Below, piece by piece: positions 50,706 through 59,005 of a DNA stretch of 64,000 nucleotides (position 1 is the first letter of the stretch; the number at the start of each line of letters is the position of its first letter). The stretch is from Gammaproteobacteria bacterium (lineage in GTDB: Bacteria > Pseudomonadota > Gammaproteobacteria > SZUA-229). The notes beneath the pieces are model-generated. The model saw only the letters and a program-made list of their open reading frames with translations, was not told where the DNA came from and did not search any database. Location of the stretch: contig WFMW01000018.1 in the NCBI GenBank assembly GCA_015488885.1, positions 888-64,887 on the forward strand, written 5' to 3'. Made by a program: the position numbers and the translations under genes.

Positions 50706-52424
50706 TTAGGTAATGTATCCTTCACGTACAAGATACAGATATATCTCCTGAGCAGCCTGGATCGGGCTAAGATTTTCGGTATTGATACGCAGTTCCGGTA
50801 ATTGTGGCGTTTCGTATGGATCGCTAATACCGGTAAATTCAGGAATAATACCTTTTCTGGCTTTTGCATAAAGCCCTTTTCTGTCGCGTTTTTCACATTC
50901 TTCCAGTGATGTGGCAACATGAATTTCAATAAATGCGCCATATTGCTCAATTTTATTACGTGCTTCACGCCGCATAACCGTATAAGGTGCTATTGGTGCG
51001 CAAATTGCGACGCCCTGATTTTTGGTGATTTCACTGGCAACATAGGCAATACGGCTCACATTTATCAGCCGATCTTTTCTGGAAAAACCAAGTTCACTGG
51101 AGAGATTCTGGCGCACGACATCACCATCCAGCAACGTAACCGGGCGTTGCCCTTCTTCAATAAATTTGGCATAAATGATTCTGGCCAGGGTTGATTTACC
51201 CGAACCTGACAAACCGGTAAAAAACAGGGTAAAACCTTTTTTTGAACGTGGTGGACAAACTTTTTTCAGCACAGCCAGCACATCAGGAAAACTTACCCAA
51301 TCAGGTATATCTTCATCTTTGGCTATTGCATCGATAATTTTTTTATTGGAGAAAGATAAACGACTGCAATGTGGATTATTTTCCAGTTTGCGTTCTATAT
51401 AACGATTCTTTTCTTCATCAAAGCACAGTTCTTCCATGGCTATGACCTGTATTTCCAGTTCATCGGTAAATTGCTGAACATAACTTTGTGCACTTCCCGT
51501 AGCATAAAAACGCCCGGCATTATCGCGTACATTGGGTGGTGCCGCGTGTTCTGTACCTACAATATAATGTGTGCAACCATAATTTTGCCGGATAATGGTA
51601 TTCATCAGGGCTTCTTTTGGTCCAGCCATACGCATGGCCATCGGTGACAATGACAGGGTAACAAGGCTTTGAGGGTAATGTTTAAGAATAGCCTGGTAAC
51701 AATGCACCCTGGCATAATATTGCAGATCCCCAGGTTTTGACATGCCAATAACAGGATGAATTAATATATGTGCATTGGCCTTTTTTGCAGCACGCATGGT
51801 CATTTCATAATGAACACGATGCATCGGTTTGCTGGTATGAAAGGCAATAATATTAGACCAGCCTAATTTGACAAACTTTAAGCGTAAATCTTCAGGCGTA
51901 TTACGTAATGTTTCAAAATCATAGGAAAAAGGTAATTGCAAACCTTCAATTGTGCCGCCAACATAAACGTTATTAACCGAATTAAATAAATAGTCAACAC
52001 CGGGATGTGTCGGATCCTGAGTACCATATATGGCCTGCGCTTCTTTTTGTTTATCAGCTACCCAGATACTTTCTACTGTCAGTACGGCTGGCATAAAACC
52101 TTCAGCATCCCGCAAAGCCAGACGACTACCAATCACCAGCTCTTCAGCCTGAACCTCAGAAATATCCAGATAATAGGGAATGGGCCATAACACACCATTA
52201 GGTAAGCGAGAAGATTCCAGTACGCAATCATACACTTCTCTGGTCATAAAACCGCTTAATGGTGACAAGGCACCATTCATTAACATTTCGAGATCACATT
52301 GCTGTCGTTGCGACAGGGTAATTGCCTGAAATTGCTCTGACTCAAGTTTTAGTGCTTCGGCGCTGGCTTCCTCCAGCAGGCAGTTTGTTAGTTTCCCCTG
52401 ATAAGGTTTAATTAAGTGATCCAT
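50706..52424 (-). CDS. cysC: Sat-CysC fusion: degenerate ATP-sulfurylase-like domain plus intact APS kinase
   Basis: Kinase: GLSGSGKST, LDGD, RDRKGLY..FTGISDPYE. Sat domain: FHTSKPMHRVH (normally FQTRNPxHxxH), VGTEHA (normally VGRDHA). Confidence 0.88.
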   Translation of the reverse strand: MDHLIKPYQGKLTNCLLEEASAEALKLESEQFQAITLSQRQQCDLEMLMNGALSPLSGFMTREVYDCVLESSRLPNGVLWPIPYYLDISEVQAEELVIGSRLALRDAEGFMPAVLTVESIWVADKQKEAQAIYGTQDPTHPGVDYLFNSVNNVYVGGTIEGLQLPFSYDFETLRNTPEDLRLKFVKLGWSNIIAFHTSKPMHRVHYEMTMRAAKKANAHILIHPVIGMSKPGDLQYYARVHCYQAILKHYPQSLVTLSLSPMAMRMAGPKEALMNTIIRQNYGCTHYIVGTEHAAPPNVRDNAGRFYATGSAQSYVQQFTDELEIQVIAMEELCFDEEKNRYIERKLENNPHCSRLSFSNKKIIDAIAKDEDIPDWVSFPDVLAVLKKVCPPRSKKGFTLFFTGLSGSGKSTLARIIYAKFIEEGQRPVTLLDGDVVRQNLSSELGFSRKDRLINVSRIAYVASEITKNQGVAICAPIAPYTVMRREARNKIEQYGAFIEIHVATSLEECEKRDRKGLYAKARKGIIPEFTGISDPYETPQLPELRINTENLSPIQAAQEIYLYLVREGYIT

Positions 52425-52475
52425 AGTTTTTTTGTTATTTATTCCACAGAATAACGACCTGATAGAAGGCAGGAT

Positions 52476-53258
52476 TTAATATTTAGACTTATTTAATACG
52501 GTGCCGATAATATTGGTATTAGATAAATATTCGACTGCCGTTTTTAAATCAACTTCTCGCGTAACATCATCTTCGACAACCAGCAGGGTTGCATCGACAC
52601 ATGGAACAAAGGACAGGGTATCAGCCGTACCTATAACTGCAGGTAAATCAAATAATACCATGCGCTTCGGGTAACGTTCTTTTAGTTCCTCAACCAGTGA
52701 ACACATCTTCGGGGAAGATAACATTTCAGCAGAGTTCAACAAAGCCTGCCCAGCAGGTAATATGACGAAATGATCTATATTTTCCGGTTTAATTAAAATA
52801 TCAGACAGATCAATCCGGCCGTTTAAGTAATCACTTAAGCCATATTCTGGCTGAATACCAAAATATTTGTGCAGTGCTGGTTCACGTAAATTAGCATCTA
52901 CAACCAGAACCGTATACTCAACCTCTTTAGCAATACTTACTCCAAGGTTAATGGTTGTGGTGGTTGTCCCTGCCCCGCCACTGACACCGGCGACAGCAAG
53001 TGACTTCCAGTGATTTTCTTCCATACGCTGAACAATCTGCGTACCCAGGATCTTAAATGCATCAGCATAAGCATTATGTATACCGAGATTTATAATACGA
53101 TTTTCAATTTGCAAATCAACCGGGCTGTTAACCTGTTGTGTTTTTGTATACTTTATTGTTGCAGCGCTGTCGGTTGCATTTTTATGATGTGATTGACCAT
53201 CCGGCTTGCCTTCTCTTGATGAACGTGCTTTATCAATGGCCTGTTGAATTTTTTCCAT
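52476..53258 (-). CDS. CpsD/CapB-type BY-kinase domain, Walker A degenerate
   Basis: AFKILGTQI, GGAGTTTTT (no Lys), VDANLREP, FDLPAV, IGTVLNK. Confidence 0.85.
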   Translation of the reverse strand: MEKIQQAIDKARSSREGKPDGQSHHKNATDSAATIKYTKTQQVNSPVDLQIENRIINLGIHNAYADAFKILGTQIVQRMEENHWKSLAVAGVSGGAGTTTTTINLGVSIAKEVEYTVLVVDANLREPALHKYFGIQPEYGLSDYLNGRIDLSDILIKPENIDHFVILPAGQALLNSAEMLSSPKMCSLVEELKERYPKRMVLFDLPAVIGTADTLSFVPCVDATLLVVEDDVTREVDLKTAVEYLSNTNIIGTVLNKSKY

Positions 53259-53317
53259 GACATAATTCTCAATAGTTGGTAGTAATCATTGCTTATAAAT
53301 TAGTAAAAATAATTGAA

Positions 53318-55075
53318 TCAGGAAGTAAGCAGTTCTATTTTACGCAGGATTCTGAACCATAATACATCTAAAGGTGAAATCACAAAATGAATAAATAATA
53401 AGGCAAGTATAATAGTTAGAATGAATAAAATAATAATACGTTTTCGTATGCGTTTTTTTCTGCTTATGTCTGCAAGATTTAGCTCAAAAGGAATAATAGA
53501 TAAGGGTAAAGCGCCAAGCAATGTCTGTATACTCTTTCCTCCTCGTACGGTTCCACTAATTGCATCGGAAACAAAGGCAAAACCGATTCCGCAGCCAGTA
53601 GCCAGCACAAAGCCAAGAAAAATAATAGCGGGACGATTAGGGCTGATCGGTTCTTCAGGCAGAGCGGCGGGATCAATCAGTGTAAAACGCTCGCCTTTAC
53701 TTTCTGATTCAAGCTGTTTGGCAACATCTGCCTGCATTTTTTTGCCTTGAACATCCTGATATCGTGCTACTGCATTATCATAATCTCTTTTTAATACCAG
53801 GTAATTGCGTTCCACCTGAGGCGTTTTATACAGATTTTGCTCCATTACCTTAATTTTTTTCTTAAGCTGTGTCTGCTGAATGGTAACGGCTTTTATCTGG
53901 CTATCGACGCCATCCAGTTGAGCCTGAATCGTTAAATAGCCAGGGTTGTCCGGTTGTTGCTGGTAAGCCTGTTTCTCAACCGATTTTTTTGACTGTTGTT
54001 GATTCTGTTTGAGGGCTTTTTTCAGGGCTTTAGTTAAACTGGCAATCTTCTTTTTAAGGGCAATAACATCAGGGTGGTCAGGAGTATATTTCTTCTCATC
54101 CTGTTTTAGATCATCACGCAGGCTGGACAGTTCATCTGCCAGTGCAGAGGTATCAACAACGTTATGTGTCTGTTTTTTCAGTAGATCAATAGCACGTCTA
54201 AGTCGGATAACATCTGGATGCTGGCTGGAATATTTTGCCCTGGCTGTCGCATACTCTGCCTGCAGTGACTTTAATTGTGCCGCAGCATCTGGAATAGAGG
54301 GATTGCCTGGATTCATCTGTGCCAGTTGTCCACCTAAATAAAAGCGGCGCTCATTTAGTGAATTTAAATTTGTACTCAGGGTTGATAAATCGGTTTCCAT
54401 CTTTTGCAGAACCTGCATATTCAGGGTTTGCAATTCAGGTAGTGAATTAGCGTTATCCTGCTTGAATTTAGCCAGTTTTGCTTCCAGTTTATTAATCTTC
54501 TTGCTTAATCGTGTTGACTCCTGTTGAAAGAATTTTGCTGTGTCAGCAGCTTTATGTGAACGCGTCGTTAAATTTTCATTTAAATATAATGAAGATAACT
54601 CACTGGCTACTTTCTGCACCTGCCCCGGATATTCACCTTCATATGAGACTGAAAAGGCAATCGTTGCAACAGTGGGACGTCCTGTTCTTGGATCAACCAC
54701 ATCTGCACTGATAACATTCAGCCCTACATCATCCTGCATTTCCTCAATAATTTCATCGGTCGTTTTAAATTCACGCTCATTTTTATAGAGATTAAATTTA
54801 TCAATAATTTTTAATAGATTAGTTCGGGTCATTACCCGTGCCTGAATAGTCTGGATCTGCTGGTCTGCAAAACTGGTTACCGTTGACTGCACCAGGTCAG
54901 TGGGTATTTCCTGTTGTTCAATCAGTATGGTAGCACTGGACTTATAGTTAGGCGGTATGATAAATGCGATAACAACTGTTAGTAGAAATACGACTGAAAT
55001 AATAGTAATAACAGCGGCTTTTCGTTTCTTTATCGCGATCAGGTAATCTTGTAGATCTTTAGTCTGTTCTTCCAT
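53318..55075 (-). CDS. Polysaccharide co-polymerase (GumC/Wzc N-terminal part)
   Basis: YKSSATILIEQQEIP, two YxxxHPDV motifs, coiled coils, GERFTLIDPAALPEEPISPNR, TMs. Confidence 0.9.
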   Translation of the reverse strand: MEEQTKDLQDYLIAIKKRKAAVITIISVVFLLTVVIAFIIPPNYKSSATILIEQQEIPTDLVQSTVTSFADQQIQTIQARVMTRTNLLKIIDKFNLYKNEREFKTTDEIIEEMQDDVGLNVISADVVDPRTGRPTVATIAFSVSYEGEYPGQVQKVASELSSLYLNENLTTRSHKAADTAKFFQQESTRLSKKINKLEAKLAKFKQDNANSLPELQTLNMQVLQKMETDLSTLSTNLNSLNERRFYLGGQLAQMNPGNPSIPDAAAQLKSLQAEYATARAKYSSQHPDVIRLRRAIDLLKKQTHNVVDTSALADELSSLRDDLKQDEKKYTPDHPDVIALKKKIASLTKALKKALKQNQQQSKKSVEKQAYQQQPDNPGYLTIQAQLDGVDSQIKAVTIQQTQLKKKIKVMEQNLYKTPQVERNYLVLKRDYDNAVARYQDVQGKKMQADVAKQLESESKGERFTLIDPAALPEEPISPNRPAIIFLGFVLATGCGIGFAFVSDAISGTVRGGKSIQTLLGALPLSIIPFELNLADISRKKRIRKRIIILFILTIILALLFIHFVISPLDVLWFRILRKIELLTS

Positions 55076-55154
55076 TTTTATATTGCCCGGTCAATAAAAG
55101 TTTGTTTATTATTTTGATTCATTATAAGTAATTAATATAATAGCTTAAGAATAA

Positions 55155-56429
55155 TTAAAATGTAGATAAGGTTGGGAAATTATACGTCATGCCAAGATAA
55201 ATCCGGTTAGAATGCGGTACGCTACCACTGTTGTTTACATTGGTAAATTTTCGTTTCACATAACGATAGGAACCATTAACCGACCATTTTCTACTCAGTG
55301 CATAAGACATCACGGTTTCAAAGAATAAAACCTGACGGTCTGTTGAGCGTGTCCCTGTGCTGATTGCGGTGACATTTTCATAGCGGGTATTTACTCGATA
55401 CCGCCATAAATTAGACAACCGGTGATTATAATTGAGCTTTATTGTATCTACCTGATTAAGCCCTCCGAATGAGTTGGTGGTATTGTTCCGACTAATACGT
55501 GCATCGACTTCACCACTCTCCAGTATTTGCTTAACCCCCGCATCAAGAACAAGGCCTCTGTTGGTTAAGTTAACCTCTCTGGTTTGTATAATAATATTAC
55601 CAAAAAAACCAAAACTTTGTGTAACCAGATTAGTGCTTTTCTGTCTCGATACACCAGCCAGAAAGTCTGCTGATAGCGTTTCCGAAAACTTGTGCTCGAT
55701 ACCAAAACGTGAATCTAACAAAGTATAGGTAACCAGATCATTGCGGCTATTATAGTCAACACCCTGCAGGCTTAAGGTAAGTTTATCTTTTTCGGTCAGG
55801 TTGTAAATTAGTGAACCGGAAGCTGTCTGGGCAATATAGGGGGTAAATCCGGTGTTTTCTGCCTCCAGATAATCCACATCACTGTAACGATAGGAAAGAA
55901 CCAGCGCCAGTCGCTCGGTCAGTAGCCGTGTATAGCCAGGGGAAAAGCTCTTTTTTCTGCTCTTCACTCTGCGCCCAACCAGGCCGAAATCACTGGATGC
56001 TGTATTCAGACTACTATCCAGATCATAGTTGGCATTGAGGCTAAAGATATTACGCTCGCCATTGTATTTGCCGGTCAGATCAAAGAACTTGTCATTGCTA
56101 TTGAGATTGTGATCAGAATAGTTATTGCTTTGAATATGTGCATTAATATCAGCCTGCCACTGCGCTTCCTTGATAACACCATCAATAGATGGGATAAGAG
56201 TAAGCGCTGTGACACTGTTATGATCGGTATTGGTAACAAAAATATTATCGTCATATTCTGTACGCGCACTGATATCTGACTTAAAGGAATATTCGGCTGC
56301 ATCAACCTGGCTTGTTGCCAGCAGGCAAAATAAGCATAGCAGGCAGTAAGTTATCAGGCTGATGGTTAGCCTGGTGAGAATACCGTGAGTCACAACAGAT
56401 GGGGACATGAAAGCAATTAGCTGGAACAA
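55155..56429 (-). CDS. Outer-membrane beta-barrel associated with EPS export
   Basis: EYDDNIF, alternating beta-strands, C-terminal NRIYLGMTYNF; located between wza and wzc. Confidence 0.8.
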   Translation of the reverse strand: MFQLIAFMSPSVVTHGILTRLTISLITYCLLCLFCLLATSQVDAAEYSFKSDISARTEYDDNIFVTNTDHNSVTALTLIPSIDGVIKEAQWQADINAHIQSNNYSDHNLNSNDKFFDLTGKYNGERNIFSLNANYDLDSSLNTASSDFGLVGRRVKSRKKSFSPGYTRLLTERLALVLSYRYSDVDYLEAENTGFTPYIAQTASGSLIYNLTEKDKLTLSLQGVDYNSRNDLVTYTLLDSRFGIEHKFSETLSADFLAGVSRQKSTNLVTQSFGFFGNIIIQTREVNLTNRGLVLDAGVKQILESGEVDARISRNNTTNSFGGLNQVDTIKLNYNHRLSNLWRYRVNTRYENVTAISTGTRSTDRQVLFFETVMSYALSRKWSVNGSYRYVKRKFTNVNNSGSVPHSNRIYLGMTYNFPTLSTF

Positions 56430-56440
56430 AACAGCGTAAA

Positions 56441-57079
56441 TCAGGGCACAACAACCGTATCACCGGCTTTTAACACAATATTGGTTCCCAGTTGTTCACC
56501 GGATGCCACTTCATCATAATCAAAGTGAAAGACTTTTGTGCCGGTAGACGTTCTTCTGACTATTTTTATTTCACTGGCATCGGCATACGGTGTTACCCCA
56601 CCTGCCAGGCTTAATACCTGCAGGACATCAAGATAACCCGTAGCTGTATATTCACCAGGACGGGCAACTTTACCAACCACATAGACCTTGTTGCTCAAGG
56701 ACTGCAACACACTGACTGTCACAACCGGATCGGGAATATAACGTTTTAATTTGCTGACCAGTTTCTTACGTAACTGCTCAGTGGTTAAACCACTGGCCTT
56801 GATTTCGCCTGCAAGCGGATAACTAATGCTGCCATCAGGTGCAACCAGCACCTCAAGCTGCATATTGTCTTCCTTCCAGACTGAAATACTCAGATGATCA
56901 CCTGGACCAATTAAATAAGAAGATGGCATACTGGCGGGCATTGTTTTACTTACTGTTTTACCTGTAGCCGGTCTGGTAGCTGCACAGGCTGAACACAATA
57001 AAGCCAGAAAGATAAAACAGAAAGTAAAAGCTCGTAAACGGATAGCAGAGTGAATGAGTCTCATAGTTTGTATAATCAA
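56441..57079 (-). CDS. Short Wza/OPX-family polysaccharide export lipoprotein
   Basis: Lipobox CSAC; YLIGPGD.LSISVW, PDGSISYPLAG, VYVVGKV.RPG, AGG; no C-terminal OM helix. Confidence 0.9.
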   Translation of the reverse strand: MIIQTMRLIHSAIRLRAFTFCFIFLALLCSACAATRPATGKTVSKTMPASMPSSYLIGPGDHLSISVWKEDNMQLEVLVAPDGSISYPLAGEIKASGLTTEQLRKKLVSKLKRYIPDPVVTVSVLQSLSNKVYVVGKVARPGEYTATGYLDVLQVLSLAGGVTPYADASEIKIVRRTSTGTKVFHFDYDEVASGEQLGTNIVLKAGDTVVVP

Positions 57080-57173
57080 TGATAAAGTATTAAAAGTTAA
57101 TGTTCTTATAGACCAGCTTATAAAACAATGCCAGTTTATCTACAGCAACGCCAGTTTATATTGTATAAGACAT

Positions 57174-58553
57174 TTATAAAGACATAAACTGCTGTCGCAC
57201 ACGCTGGTGAATTTGTATAAGGTTATTTTTATTTTCCAGAGGTAAAGACTGTAATGCCTGAACCTGGCGGGTATAGTCTTCGGTTACCTTTAACATGTGT
57301 TCGATACGATTAAACAAGCGGTTTGAAGTAAGCCCCAGTCGTTTGGCAAATTGTTTAATTGCCGTTGCAAAATCAACAAACCCGTCATCTTTGGGGGAAA
57401 TATCACCATAACCACCAAAACTCATGCCCGGCGGGAACAGTTCATTATGAATAAAATAAGCCCGCATTGGCACCGGATCATATACCGGACTGAATGACAG
57501 TACACCGTTGGTATCGATGATTGCAAGATTCTCCAGATGCAAATCACCATTACCCGATAAGATGGCAAGTATCAAACGGTCTAATAAATGCTGTTTGGCG
57601 GCTTTACGGTCTGTCACTAATTGTACATACGGATTATCCAGCGCACGACCGATATGATCATAGGTCGTGCTGTAATGGTGAGTAATTTTTGTGCTGCCTG
57701 AAGCCAGTATAGAATAGATTGATTCCATAAAAACGGTACTGCCATTGGTGCTGCGATCAAAACGTTCAATCGCTAACGCCCGTAACCCTTTAATTATTAC
57801 CGGCCAGAAGCGTGGCACCTCAAATCCCGCCTGTTTATGTATGTTCAACCCCAGTTGTTCCAGTTCGATAATACCCGGATAAACCGCACTATTCTCAAGC
57901 TTCAGTAAAATATCGGTACGTCCACTATCACCAAAGCGCGTTGGCATACCAATATAACCATCCCAGCCTGAACGATTAATGGACAGAGGTATTTTTGGAA
58001 TGGCACCGCCAACGGTGGGGGTCGGGCCGAGCATATCAATAATCATTTCAGCATCACCATCAAACCAGGTCATAAATTCTTTCAGGCTAAAACCAAATTT
58101 TTCATCCAGCTCAACCAGACCTTTTTTAGAGGGTGTTGCATACCACTGCTGTGCGGCTTCATCACTCTCAAACACATCAAGATGACCAATAGCACCGTGA
58201 CCGGCCCGTAATAAAATCTGCCAGTCAGTATCAAATCCCGGTTGGGTATCCAGTTTAATATGTGCCAGATATTTTAATAACAAAGCACGCGTAAAATTGC
58301 GTGTTGAACGCGGCGGAATTAATGCCTGTAGAGGTGGATGTAAATCGAAGAATTCATTGCGCTCACGCACAATCGTGTTGTTAAAAGCCGCAGCAGGGTA
58401 AACCAGCCCCAGTCCACGTAAACCGGTTTTTTCATACGCCGATTCGTAGCTAAAGCGTGCCTGAGTGTCGGTCACCACCAGCGTACCCATTTTAACCGGT
58501 TGCGGGCCGAGCCTTGTCCAGATAACCGCGTATTGATCTTTCATTATTTTCAC
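57174..58553 (-). CDS. HipA-family kinase toxin
   Basis: HipA_N-like RFSYESAY; TVGGAIPK, LLKLE, IERFDR, GNGDLHLEN, SPVYD. Confidence 0.85.
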   Translation of the reverse strand: MKIMKDQYAVIWTRLGPQPVKMGTLVVTDTQARFSYESAYEKTGLRGLGLVYPAAAFNNTIVRERNEFFDLHPPLQALIPPRSTRNFTRALLLKYLAHIKLDTQPGFDTDWQILLRAGHGAIGHLDVFESDEAAQQWYATPSKKGLVELDEKFGFSLKEFMTWFDGDAEMIIDMLGPTPTVGGAIPKIPLSINRSGWDGYIGMPTRFGDSGRTDILLKLENSAVYPGIIELEQLGLNIHKQAGFEVPRFWPVIIKGLRALAIERFDRSTNGSTVFMESIYSILASGSTKITHHYSTTYDHIGRALDNPYVQLVTDRKAAKQHLLDRLILAILSGNGDLHLENLAIIDTNGVLSFSPVYDPVPMRAYFIHNELFPPGMSFGGYGDISPKDDGFVDFATAIKQFAKRLGLTSNRLFNRIEHMLKVTEDYTRQVQALQSLPLENKNNLIQIHQRVRQQFMSL

Positions 58554-58585
58554 CCATATGGATTAACGGGTTATGGATTAACGGG

Positions 58586-58831
58586 TTAAAACAATTCCCC
58601 CCTGCTCACCAGTGTTTGTATATCGGTATTATCATCGACCCAGATAAGTTTTTTGCCCAGTACCTTGCCCAGCTCTGTAAGTGTGCTTAACCGGGCATCA
58701 TGAGCTTTTTTCAGGCGTGACAAGGCTACTTCGCCAATGGCAGAGGCCTGAGCCAGGTCTTTTTGTGAAAAACCGCGTGTTTTGGCCGCCTCAAGTGCTT
58801 CGGCCACTAATTGATGTAATGATGTTACCAT
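58586..58831 (-). CDS. HipB-like XRE HTH antitoxin
   Basis: 81 aa; GFSQKDLAQAS..ALSRL..LSTL..LG; directly upstream of the HipA gene. Confidence 0.75.
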   Translation of the reverse strand: MVTSLHQLVAEALEAAKTRGFSQKDLAQASAIGEVALSRLKKAHDARLSTLTELGKVLGKKLIWVDDNTDIQTLVSRGELF

Positions 58832-59005
58832 AAATTAACCTATATGCTAATTCCTTGCCTGTATTATGGCATGCATTATCATATATGGCAATTTTAAATA
58901 TTATAAATAAAGCTAATTGATGTTATTTTGGGGGATGTTTTCATCACATGTTCTTTGCTAATATACTCATCCATTTATCTATCGACTTAAAATCATCATC
59001 GTTTC

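Noticed and set aside
57112-57160. Minus-strand TGGCA/TGGCG motifs upstream of wza as sigma54 promoters
   Set aside because: No TTGC at the -12 position; explained by a degenerate CCAG(T/C)TTAT repeat
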